Shown here: positions 12,406 through 23,800 of the stretch, one piece after another | Layout of the letters: every line of letters begins with the position of its first letter | Position numbering within the stretch: the first letter of the stretch is position 1 | DNA from: Minutocellus sp. GHC0000111 | Taxonomy: Eukaryota | Length of the DNA: 64,000 nucleotides | NCBI GenBank assembly: GCA_977018835.1 | Contig: OZ361256.1 | Span: 1,550,001 to 1,614,000, forward strand | Direction of reading: 5' to 3' | The notes under the pieces: model-generated | The model's input: the letters and a program-made list of their open reading frames with translations, nothing else | Databases searched by the model: none | Told to the model about the DNA's origin: nothing | Made by a program: the position numbers and the translations under genes

Positions 12406-15400
12406 ATGGAGAATGACGGTGGTGGTCGTCCGCCGTCTCCGTCTTCACACCACGGTGTGACTTCCACGGATCGTGGGACGCCGCGCACGACCAATAACAA
12501 CAGCAAAGGGGAGAAGCCCTCTGCCGTTGTCCCTTCTTGGATGGATGCCGACCTTCCAGAATGGGTGGATGAGTTTACCCCTGACGCCTCTATGCCTCCT
12601 TGCGCTGACCATTCAACAAGCGTGGCTTCTCCTCCTCCGATCGATGGCAATAACAAAAAGAGCTTCGCAAACCAGAACCAGAACCAGAACCAGAAACCCG
12701 CATCTGCTGCTTGCAATATCCCATCAAACGACGAACAAGAACAAAGACCACCACTATCCTCCTTCGAGACGTTATTGGCGTCCAACGCTCATGCCTCGAA
12801 TGCCCTCCTTGTGAATCTGACGGTGCCGGACATTGCCAACTTTGCGCTGGTCTGCAGGGCGGCGAGGATGATGACCAGAGACGATGGGCTGTGGCGGGCC
12901 AAATTTGCCATGAGATGGAGTGTCCTGCCCACTCCCATTTGGACGGTTCGGGAGAGCTGTATAGAGAAGGGATCAAATGATCTGACGAAGGGCAAGTCGG
13001 CGCAACAGGTGCCCGCTACTATTGCCGGCGATGGCCTGACGGATTCCAATAGCCTCTGGTTCCGTTCGTATCAGAATGCCCATCGCAATCTGCATGACCT
13101 ATGGATAACGCACTGGAACTGCACTCTACCGTCGGACGGTACCAGCCCCGGTCGGTGCGCTGTCCCGGACCTTCGGTTGGTACCAGATGCATCGCTACCA
13201 TTAGAAGAAAGGTCTGCATCGGTTTCATCTTCGTTTTTGTCTTCGTCCTCAGCTCAGGGTACATGCATTGGTGGTTCTCGTAGTTCCAGCGAGAAAGATG
13301 ATGATGGATATGACTCGCATTTGATGAAAAGGTGCCCCACTTGTCGACATCATCCTTTGATGAACCCTGAGCTTGCAGAAATGAACGATGCGCTCGATGC
13401 CGAGATGAAATTTGCAGAAAGAGTCGGTGCAAATGCTCGTACTTGTCGTGATGGTTCTGCTGCCACAGCTACGAGTACTCCTGCTACAGGAGACCATGAT
13501 GATCCGGTGACGAAGAGCCACGCCATCGCAGAGGCCCATGCACTTCTTTTGCGGCGCGATCTAGGGCATGGGGAAGAATCTTGCCATGGAAATGAACTGT
13601 CCCAATTCAACGTTGCAACTACTAGTACTCCTGCCAAGGCTATTTTCCGGTCGTCTCTCTACTCCGCATCCAAGTGGGCTCGAAATCTTCGTGAGAAAGA
13701 CAACTTGGACATCACGATGCGATCGAATCCTAATTGGGACGCAAGGTCGATGGATTCTTTAGCAGGTGGAAATGGTGATGGGCTGATGAAACCGAGATGT
13801 ACAGTTGGAGATTCCGCTCCTTGTCCACAGCTTGATCGCATGGTGCATCGACGGGCATTATCTGTGTCGGCATTTCAAGCCGCTGCCACGTGTCATCGTC
13901 AGATCAATCCGGCACAGTATCGTTCATCGGGGCTACAATTCATGACAGACGCTTTATTTTTCAACGTAGACCCAACATATGAAAAAGTCCGTGACGAAAC
14001 GGGCTGGGTTGGAAGTATTTCATGTCCTGTTGGGAGGAAGAGAGCGGTAAACAGAATGAAATTCGACCCTGATGGCATGAGCGGTGAGAATCAACTTCAT
14101 CAGGAAGACACTGACGATGAGCATGATATGCCTGTACTCGAGAGAGCACTGAGGGATGTGTACGGTGATGCAACTATTGATGCAAATGCCGCTTCATTGC
14201 CATCGGATCCGACTCCGCCCCAACTAGAGCCCAATGCACCCGATACTCTCTCGTCGAGAGGTCCTCAACATGACACTGCTCTTCATACGTGGCACACCGC
14301 TCGTCTCTCTAATCCCGACTTTGTGCGCCCGATCACCTTTCGAGTCTATGTCCAGCGACCCGATTGTTTTACGGCATTTCCTGCTAGCGGTTATCTTCGA
14401 CCAGGAGAAAGCTGTGAAATTGTGTTGGGGGTCCGTACTCTTGGCTCGATAGTGGCGGAGTCATATGAGAGCATCGACTGTGGGAGAGAGGAAGTCGACC
14501 CACTATTGGCAGATATTTGCGCACGCGAAGCACATCTACCCTATGCCCCTTTTGCCATTCGTTACATGTTTGCCCCCGCACCCCCTTGCGTTCCACCGGG
14601 GTATAAGGTCCGTGAGGAGAAAGCTTCATCTTTTGCTGGTGTCCAAAGCCCAATGACTAGAACGCAGACGTCGGCGCTACCACCTTCTTCATCGTCGGCC
14701 ATTGGCGGGAAGGGCGTGATAGACTATTTGTGGGATAATGTTGCCTGTGAAACAGACGTCAGAACTATTTATGTGTCTGCGCACGTCAATGCCAATTATT
14801 CATTCGACGAGTTTGTTGGCAGAACTCTTCTTCCGTTTGAGATAAACCCACGTCAGATGTCTCAAAAGCCCCAAGAGCCTGCTGCTCTCACATTCCTTTC
14901 TCCCAACCTCAAGCAGTCAAGTCCTAATCTCTTCCAACGATTGAATAACATTGATCTTGAAATGGAGGAGTCGGCGTTGGATATATATCGGACCGAAAAA
15001 CCGTGCCTCTGTTGTGGAAGAGCGTGGGGAGCAAGATCAGAGGAGCTCGCTCGAGGCTTTCTGCTCACTCGCATGGTGATTGATCGGCGTGCGCGCCTGC
15101 GCAGTCGACAAATCACAAACGCATTGAATTATGCCCGGCTGCTCCCCAAGCTTCTTCAACGTTCACTTTTGAACGATTACATGGGTGAAGAGGAAATATA
15201 TCTTGGTGAAGATTTATTTTGTCAGATTCATCGCATTGGCTTTGAGCTATGCGCAATTCTTCTCGTGCTGCGAGCAGACAAGACGCCGACAAAAATGCAA
15301 CGAACTATCGCGACAAAGTATGAGGTCTTTCTGAATGATCTGCTACTTTTTATTCAAGACATTGGCAGTGCATACGACAATATATCAGAGCATCTTTCTG

Positions 15401-17643
15401 GACGCAGCCGCCCCCGGCAATGGAGAAATGTTGGTGTTTATCGCTTTCTTCGATGCACCGACTCAGTTTACAATCTCTCAAATGAAGTCTACCGCCACGG
15501 CAAGAGTGAACCAAAATATCTCGAGACATTCCGTAATTTATGGCACTCCCCGGGATTGTATCGACTTGGAGCTCAGGATGATCCAAACCACATGAGGGAG
15601 CAAGAGATTATGGGCAGCGGTTCCGGTTATGGGTCGTCGCGACCAAAGCGCCTCCAGCGAATTAATTGGCGACATGCCGATGTCTTTAAGCAGGATGCGT
15701 CTATGGCCCTTGCCTGCGCAATGTCTATGATCCATTCTCCTCGCTCGCTTCTACTGCACGGCGTGTACGATCGTCTAGATCCCCCTGGAACTATTTGTCG
15801 CCGAGCTGCGCCATGGGAATTTCAGCAAACATTTTCCCGGTTGAAAGATAGTGCACCTTCTTCCCGTCAAATCCGCTTGCTTGCTCATCAATGTATCCAA
15901 AACTTTGAAAGAGGCATGTCAAGGCGGCCGGGATTCGTACTCTTTGGTAGAACGGTCCAACGCCCAATGACATCGTCAAATAGATACACCATCCTCAAGC
16001 AGTCATCTCACGAGATATTGAAAAGCCATGCAATTCTTGGTTGGAAGTCCGTCTCTATCGACATCAATGACGCGGATCCAGAAGGCATTGCTTCTTTAGT
16101 TGATGGTATTGTGACATACGCATCTTCTCTGGAAAACTTCGTCCGCAATGTCCCTGGCGCTGGATACGGACGCTTTTCGCTCAGTGGTGCCAGAATACTG
16201 CCGCACATTCATGAAAATTTCTCGTCGTTGGATAATGTCGGCATCGTTCCCCTATCTGTTTATACACCGGGTGAGATGAGTGCCGTAGTCACCAGTGTCC
16301 CGTCAAATCAATCGCAACAACAACGTGCAGGCCGAGTCGTCCAAGGCGCCGCCGCTGGAGGAGCAGCTGGTAATCCAGCAAATCAGGAGGAGCGAGGCGC
16401 TGGTGGTCCGCGAATTATCAACCTTTTGTGGCTAATCAGTTCCTATCTCGGGTGGTCCGTCGATGATGACCGTAGGCCCGGAGCGCATCACGTCGAGAGA
16501 GGCATTTTGATCGCAACGCAGTGGCTCTCTAATACACTCATGACCCTGCCACTCTTCCTAACTTTGGTTGCTCGATCTCTCATGTTTATTACACCGTCGC
16601 CGCTTGATTACCACCTCGAAGGTCTCCCGTTTGTCGAAGTGAAGCGAATGCGATATCTAGACGCATGTGAATGTGGATGGGCAGCATTCGTCACTGTTCT
16701 GCTCTATCTAGTCCTGGGAAGGTTTTCTGAACGTAACGTCTGCCGATCGTTCAACCGCGCTATGCTCGAGGTCGTACAAGATCCAAGGCACGACGACCGA
16801 AAGAGTCCCTTCCAGAAATTCTGCTCACTAGTGCTACTACGCAGCCAGAGGATTTATGATAGTGTTACTCCGCTATTTATCCAAAGCAAGACCTTCTCAC
16901 CTCGCTGGAATCGTAGAAGTCGGCATGATGTCGAAAGTTTCATTATGCAGTCGAGGGGGTGTGACTTTCGAGAACATCAGTCCTCCTTCGACGCCGTTTC
17001 TGGTATCGGATGTGGCACCATCGACATAGAATGCCTTCATCTCGAGGGAACTCTTCAACCCAACATTAGCTTTGTTGCGAAAGTGATGATCGGCTTCCTA
17101 GTATCGGTGGGATCGTTTTGTGCTTGCTCGCCCCATTTTAGTCTCAACTTGATCACTACCTTCTATTCTTCCATCGCGCTCGGACTCTCCATGAGCTTAC
17201 AGTACATGGAGCAGGGAAATGGCTCGATATCGCCAAGAAGGATTTTTAAGCCAATGAGGCTCAACGTTGTCATCATCACAAGTTTTCTTTTCGGACAATT
17301 AGTTGGCAGTTCTGGCGGTATTCTATTCCTCGCTGAGTTCGTCGTCACGACCATCTCGCTGCTCCTGGGAGGAGCGGCAACCATTTCAACTAATGCTGTG
17401 GAGAGCTGGATGACATTCTTCTTTCTTTCGGCAACTTCGTTCGTTGGGTACCTCTTCGCTAGAGTTGCTCTTGTCGATAACACCCGTAACAAACGCGGTG
17501 GCGTACCGTCATTTCTCCTGCTCCTTTCGCTCATCCTGCTTTCTTGTTTGACTGTGTGTACATTCCTCTTTTTGGAGTGGGAGATTCCATCGACGGCGCT
17601 AATAATTCGCCCGCGAGAGCGGCATTATAAAATGGGGCAGTAG
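12406..17643 (+). CDS. Large F-box-like / MSP (major sperm protein)-like / multi-pass membrane protein
   Basis: Uninterrupted ~1745-aa ORF. F-box-like LTVPDIANFALVCR...DDGLWR. MSP-like LSNPD...ITFRV...P.SGYLRPGESCEI. Multiple C-terminal TM helices. Confidence 0.7.
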   Translation: MENDGGGRPPSPSSHHGVTSTDRGTPRTTNNNSKGEKPSAVVPSWMDADLPEWVDEFTPDASMPPCADHSTSVASPPPIDGNNKKSFANQNQNQNQKPASAACNIPSNDEQEQRPPLSSFETLLASNAHASNALLVNLTVPDIANFALVCRAARMMTRDDGLWRAKFAMRWSVLPTPIWTVRESCIEKGSNDLTKGKSAQQVPATIAGDGLTDSNSLWFRSYQNAHRNLHDLWITHWNCTLPSDGTSPGRCAVPDLRLVPDASLPLEERSASVSSSFLSSSSAQGTCIGGSRSSSEKDDDGYDSHLMKRCPTCRHHPLMNPELAEMNDALDAEMKFAERVGANARTCRDGSAATATSTPATGDHDDPVTKSHAIAEAHALLLRRDLGHGEESCHGNELSQFNVATTSTPAKAIFRSSLYSASKWARNLREKDNLDITMRSNPNWDARSMDSLAGGNGDGLMKPRCTVGDSAPCPQLDRMVHRRALSVSAFQAAATCHRQINPAQYRSSGLQFMTDALFFNVDPTYEKVRDETGWVGSISCPVGRKRAVNRMKFDPDGMSGENQLHQEDTDDEHDMPVLERALRDVYGDATIDANAASLPSDPTPPQLEPNAPDTLSSRGPQHDTALHTWHTARLSNPDFVRPITFRVYVQRPDCFTAFPASGYLRPGESCEIVLGVRTLGSIVAESYESIDCGREEVDPLLADICAREAHLPYAPFAIRYMFAPAPPCVPPGYKVREEKASSFAGVQSPMTRTQTSALPPSSSSAIGGKGVIDYLWDNVACETDVRTIYVSAHVNANYSFDEFVGRTLLPFEINPRQMSQKPQEPAALTFLSPNLKQSSPNLFQRLNNIDLEMEESALDIYRTEKPCLCCGRAWGARSEELARGFLLTRMVIDRRARLRSRQITNALNYARLLPKLLQRSLLNDYMGEEEIYLGEDLFCQIHRIGFELCAILLVLRADKTPTKMQRTIATKYEVFLNDLLLFIQDIGSAYDNISEHLSGRSRPRQWRNVGVYRFLRCTDSVYNLSNEVYRHGKSEPKYLETFRNLWHSPGLYRLGAQDDPNHMREQEIMGSGSGYGSSRPKRLQRINWRHADVFKQDASMALACAMSMIHSPRSLLLHGVYDRLDPPGTICRRAAPWEFQQTFSRLKDSAPSSRQIRLLAHQCIQNFERGMSRRPGFVLFGRTVQRPMTSSNRYTILKQSSHEILKSHAILGWKSVSIDINDADPEGIASLVDGIVTYASSLENFVRNVPGAGYGRFSLSGARILPHIHENFSSLDNVGIVPLSVYTPGEMSAVVTSVPSNQSQQQRAGRVVQGAAAGGAAGNPANQEERGAGGPRIINLLWLISSYLGWSVDDDRRPGAHHVERGILIATQWLSNTLMTLPLFLTLVARSLMFITPSPLDYHLEGLPFVEVKRMRYLDACECGWAAFVTVLLYLVLGRFSERNVCRSFNRAMLEVVQDPRHDDRKSPFQKFCSLVLLRSQRIYDSVTPLFIQSKTFSPRWNRRSRHDVESFIMQSRGCDFREHQSSFDAVSGIGCGTIDIECLHLEGTLQPNISFVAKVMIGFLVSVGSFCACSPHFSLNLITTFYSSIALGLSMSLQYMEQGNGSISPRRIFKPMRLNVVIITSFLFGQLVGSSGGILFLAEFVVTTISLLLGGAATISTNAVESWMTFFFLSATSFVGYLFARVALVDNTRNKRGGVPSFLLLLSLILLSCLTVCTFLFLEWEIPSTALIIRPRERHYKMGQ
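12670..12693 (+). repeat. (AACCAG)4 coding hexamer repeat (NQ tract)
   Basis: Read directly. Confidence 0.85.
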
Positions 17644-17886
17644 ATAGCCGAACTACCTAGCTACGTAAGTATTGTAACCGCCCTCGGGCAAATTACTTCA
17701 TAATTTGCGCCCTCGGGACCTCGGTTACATTAATATCGCCCTTCGTAATATTTTTGCGAGCTCTTCCGAGCGAAAAAGATTAAATACATCAGGGTCGTTA
17801 TTATAAGTAAACACACATAGTGGTGATTCTTAATTCTCTAATATTACATGCATTTTAAAATTGTGTCAGTTGCTTTCCACCGTTCA

Positions 17887-20800
17887 TCATATCAAGGTAA
17901 CGGCCAATGCCACAATGCTAGCAGAAACGACACCAATTGCGACACCTAATCTTGTTGTAACCGCAGAACTTCGCACTCCGCAGAAGCTCGCACCGAAGTA
18001 TTTTGCCTTGTCGCACTGTACACACTGGGTAAGCTGACCTCCGGTAGTCTGTCGGCCGTAGTTTTCGCTGAAGGTGCCGGCAGGGCAGAGAATGCCATCG
18101 CAATTGAATTCTCCAACGTCGCCATCGTTCCATTCATCATTCTCACAGAGGGCGGGATTCACTCCTGTTATCAAGTTGTCTCGGAGATATATTGTCATCT
18201 TCTCAAACCGAGCCAGCTCCCCGGGCACCTCGCCGATGAAGTTGTTGGATGAAAGGTCGAGATAAATTTCCTCGTCTTCGTCTGTACCCTTGAGAAGAGT
18301 TGATGGAATTGGACCGCTCATAATGTTGCCCGACACATCAATCGACTTGAGCCTTTTGTTCGAGGTAAAGTCTTGAAGAGCGCCAGCGAATCGATTGCTG
18401 CCCAAGCGGAGACGCTCGAGTCTCTTCATTCCGTCAAAGGAAGGTAGAGCCCCAGTTAGCCTATTGCCCTCGACGGCAAAGTCCTTGAGGTTGATCATCT
18501 GGCTGATTTCCGGAGGCAGAGGACCCTTGAGGTTGTTGAAGCGAAGGTCAAGATCCTCGATGGTCGAAGCAGCGCCGATACCCCTGAGCGAGGAAAGGCC
18601 AGTTTGGTCGAGGAGCAGACTTGTCAGTCTCTTCGCGTTGCCGATGCCATCAAACTTGAAGTTAATCGGATTGGAGTAGAGCCACAGCCACTTGAGGTTG
18701 GTCATTTCGAATATCTTGGCCGGAGGGGTGCCCACAACATTGTTTTCGCCGAGTAGGATGGAGTCGACCGTCTTGCCATCTTTGCAGGAGATGCCGAACC
18801 AATGGCAAATATCCACGTCGTCGCTCATCCAATTGTCGTTGTTTTTCCAATTCTTGCCGCCACAAACGTTGTAGAACAGCTTGAGGATTTCCTTCTCCTT
18901 CTTCTTTTCCTCGGACTCGCAAATGAGGCTACCCATGTAGGGAGACTGCTCGGCACCTTCGCAGGGGACGCAGGGGAACTGGTTGCTAGAGCGCCGACCG
19001 TACTGGTTGAAAGTTCCTGCAGGGCAGAGGATGGCATCACACCCGAACGATGCGACATCGCCACCCTGCCAGCCCTGAAGCGCACAGAGGCTCTCATCGA
19101 TCTTGGTGATCATGTTGCCAGAGACATCGATGTTGAGCTTGGAGAAGCGACTGAGAACCTGTGGGAGCGTACCGCTGATTTGGTTGTCCTGGAGACCAAT
19201 GACAACGCTTGACTTTTTGTTCTTGAGATTAATAAGGAAATCATCAGGAATACTTCCGGTCAAACTGTTGGCATTGAGACTGATTTCGGTCAGATGTTCC
19301 ATTTGGTTGAAGTCGGGAACGGGCCCGCTAAGGCCAACCGAGTTGCGAGTGTAGGAGTCAATAAAAAGAGACTGAAGACTTTCCATTCCATCAAATTCTC
19401 GCGGGATCTCGCCGACGAAGAGATTCTCTGATAGCTGCAAAACCTTGAGATTGTGCAGTGTGCCCAATTCCGGAGGCAAGGTGCCGGTGAGAGAATTGCC
19501 GTGACAGTAAAATTCCTGGAGGTCGTCCAGCTTCTTGATATCGGCCGATAGGGTGCCTCCAAAGTTGCTGTCTGACAAGTACAGCGACTCGAGATTGCCA
19601 AGGTCATACAGCTCCGAGGGAATCGGGGCACCCTTGAAATCATTGTTCTGAACGTGCAGGGTGGTCAACCTCGACGCCTTTCCAATACCATCAAGCGACG
19701 AAACTCTTGTCCTGTCAAGGTAGAGAGCGTCCAACACCCGGGCCATTTCGATACCTCGGAATTCGAAACCAACGTCGTTGTTGCTGACATCGACTGTCTT
19801 GAGATTCGGAAGTTGATAAATCGCGGGAGGGACCGTTCCCCGAAGCTTGTTCGAGGGGAGCTGTATCCTTGTGACGGTATCGCCAGCCCCACCTTCCTCG
19901 TAGGCGCAGGTAATACCGTTCCATTGGCAGACGGAGACGCCATCCTTGAGCCAATTGCTCTTGTCGGACCATTGGTTTCCACCGGTGGCCTGGAAGAAAA
20001 GACGGAGGATTTCTCTCTCGGAATAGTCTCCCGTGTTGCTTGGTATGCACTCGATGCTGCCATAAAACTCGGCGGTGTAGGTGAAGGGGCAGGGCTCGCA
20101 TGGAGTTTCATCGTTGGCCTGGCGACCGTACTCGTTGTACGTTCCCGGAGGACACATGATAGCATCGCACTTATTGGTGGCGACTTCTCCACCCATCCAG
20201 CTGGACTTGCTGCAGAAAGCATCGGGCAAGGCCTTCAGCTTGTTATCAGACAGATACAGCTTGAGTGAATCGAACGCCGTCAGTTTCTCGGGAACGGTGC
20301 CAACCAGAATATTCTGCGATAGGTCTACCTTGATCGATGCCGACTTGTCCTGAATTCCATTCAAAAAGTCGCGAGGGATGGTCCCGCTGAGGCTGTTGGC
20401 CCCAAGATATAGCTCCTTGAGCTTGGGCATCTGATCAAATGCGGGGATCGAACCAGTGAATCCAGCGCCGATCTCACCAGCGGTCTTGACTTCGAGAGGG
20501 CCACCAATGCCGGGCGCCGTCTCTCCACCTTCACGCTGAAGAGCAATGATTTGGAGGCTGGAAAGAGAAGTCAGCTCAGATGGGATGGTACCGGACATGT
20601 AGTTTTCAGCCATAGCAAAGGTCTTGAGCTTCGTGAGATATTCAACCTGAGTTGGGATTTCGCCGGTGATACGATTGTGGAACACAAAGAGATTCTCAAG
20701 ATTTGTAAGCTTGCCAATTTTGGTGGACAGAGTTCCCTGAATACCGTTGTAATTGAGGTACACATCTTGAAGGTTGGAAAGTTCGAAGAAATCATCAGGA

Positions 20801-23800
20801 AGGTTCACCAGAATATTGCTCGTCAAATGGAGATACTTGAGGCTCTGGGCCTTGCCAATTCCATCAATCGATGTCAAGCCGGTGTCGGACAGGTGAAGTC
20901 GAACAAGTTTCTGAGCGCTTTCGATGCCCTCAAAGTTGAAGGTAATGTCATTGCTCTTCAACTTGATCTCCCGCAAGTTGGGAAGGTTGAAGATTTCCGT
21001 CGGCACCGTGCCGACCAAGTTGTTGCTTTCGAGGACGATGCTTTCAACGTAGTCGGTTCCAGCTGTGCACGTGATACCGTGGTACTTGCAAGCACTGGCG
21101 CCGGCATCCTCCCAATTGTCATTGTCGTCCCAGTCAGGCCCATTCAATTCAGAGTAGAAGATCTTGAGGATTTCCTTCTCATTATTCATACCGCACTGGA
21201 CGCTGCCATAGTACTGAGTAGAATCGAGGTCGTCGCACGGTTGGCAGGGGTTATCTTTGCTGGTTTGTCTACCCAACTCGTTGAAGGTACCCGGAGGACA
21301 CATGACACCATCACAACCGTAACCTCTTGCGAAGCTCATGGTGCAGATCTGGGCAGGAATGGCAGCAGTCATCATGTTCCCAGCAAGGTAGATGGAAAGC
21401 TTGGAGAGCTGAGCCAGCGAGGACGAGATGGTACCAGTCAACTTGTTTTGACGGAGGTCGACCTGAAGCTCATGCGTCTTGTACTCGCCAAAGAGGAAAT
21501 CGGATGGGATATCACCGGAAAGGTTGTTCTGCATAGAGACGAGAGGAGGGGGAGGTTGGAAAGAGAGATTTTGGCCAGGGAAAGGAGTAATGAGATGGAT
21601 GCGATTTTCCAAAGAGAGGTAGTAACATGCAGTGTAGTAAATTAATTTGGCTTGGTTTTGCCTTGCCATGAAGCTTACCTTGAACAAGTACAATTCCGTC
21701 AGGTCAAGGAGATTGGCAAATCGAGGCAAGGGTCCAGTAAGACCGGTGCCACCTCTGGATATCTGATCGCTTAGGTCGATGTGCTGAATCTTTGTCAATC
21801 CTTCGATCTCGGTGGGGATCGTTCCATGAAGACTGTTCTGATCCAATCGCAGATACTCGAGGCTGTCGAGACTACCGAGCCAGGTCGGAATGGACTGATC
21901 AAGACCACACTCATAACATTGGAGGTAAACCAGATTAGTCAGAACCGCCATCGCAGAATGAAGCCGTCCTCCAATGTCATTATCAGACAGGTAAAGAGCC
22001 TCGAGATTGGTCAAGGAGTAGACTTCTTCGGGGAAGGTTCCTCCAAAGTTGTTGCCAACGACATGGAGCAACTTCAGCTGAGGAGCATTCTCCAAACCGC
22101 TGAGAGACTTGAGACCAATGTTGTCAACGTTCAAATATTCGAGCCTGCCTGCACCCTCAATGCCATCAAAGCTAAAGGCGATTTCATTGCCGGCCACGTT
22201 GATCTCCTCAAGATTGGGCAATTCGAAGATGACCGAGGGGACATAGCCCTCGAGATCATTCTGGGGAAGGCGGATACCGCGGACAGATTCGGTGCCCGAA
22301 ACGCATTCGATGCCATGCCACTGACAAAAGCTCACATCATGGTTCAACCAATTCGTGCTGAGAGTCCACTGGGGACCTCGGAGAGCGTTGTAGATGGCCG
22401 CGAGGATGTCACGCTCCTTGAGAGAATCGACGGCAAGGTCATTGATACACTCGAAGCTGCCATAAAATGGCGCGGTGGATCCAACGGGACATCGCGTGCA
22501 GACCGTATCGCTGCTGGTCTGTCTGCCGTGCTTTGCGTAAGTGTTCGGAGGGCACATGATGGCATCGCAACCGAAGTCAACAACCTTGCTCTTCATCCAA
22601 TCATTCTTGTTGCAGAGGCCATCAGCCAGCTCCTCGAACTTGTTATCAGCGAGGTAGATGGACATATCATCGAACTGCGAAAGCGAGGAAGGGACACGGC
22701 CCTCCAACTGATTTGACACCAAATCAACAATAAGTTGCCTCGAGTCCTTGTCTTCGACACCATTCAAGAAGTCAAACGGGATGGTACCTGTGAGACTGTT
22801 CGATCCGAGGTAGAGCTCCTTGAGATTGGGCATGTCCTTGAAGGAAAGGAGGGGGCCACCAATTCCTTTTCCATTCTTGTTGCTGCCAAAGTTGGTGCCA
22901 ACATCACTACCACCAGCAGTCTGACCGTCAGTACCGCCCTCCCTTTGGATAGCAAGGACCTCCAGGGTTCGGAGATTTTCCAATTCAACAGGTAAGGTAC
23001 CATCAAAATTATTTTCGGTCAAACCGAGAACGCGAATATTGCCAAGCGCGCCGATACCAGAGGGGATTTGGCCAGTGAGCTGGTTGTGCATCAGATACAA
23101 CTCCTCCAAATTGGAGAGCTTCTTAATGCCGCCCGAAAGACGACCGCCAATATTGTTGTAGTTCAAATAGACCTTCTCGAGAGACGTAACATCGTACAGG
23201 TCGTACGGGATGGTGCTGAGCTTGTTGTTGGTGGAGTGGAACACCTTCAGGTTCTTGGCCCTACCAATTCCATCGATGGATTCCAGTCCGGTAAGGGACA
23301 GGTACAGGGTGGTGAGCGAGACCGCCTGGTCAATTTCGTCAAAGCTAAAGGCAATATCGTTGCTCTGCAGGTCAAGCTCTGTCAGAGCCGAAAGACGAAA
23401 GACCGAGGTGGGAATGCTGCCCTCGAGATTGTTCTCACTGAGATCGAGGGCTGTAACGCTACCACTGCCGTTGCAGGAGACACCGTACCAGTTGCATACG
23501 TCCGTGTCCGTGGTCCACCCATCGCTGTTCTTCCACTGAGCACCACCGGCGGCATAGTAAATCTCCTCGAGGATCTTCTGGTCGCCATTGAGGGTCGGAT
23601 CATCAGCGATGGCACCGCACTCGACAGATCCCATGTACTGCGCCGATGGACAGGACTGGCAGGTGCTGGTTCCACCAGCCTGCCTACCGTTGGAATTGTA
23701 CTCGCCCACTGGACAGAGGATGGCGTCGCAGCCGTAGCTCGCGACGGCCTTTTCGTTCCAATCTCCCATGCCGCAAAGACCGCTGCCGATTCCAGTGATC

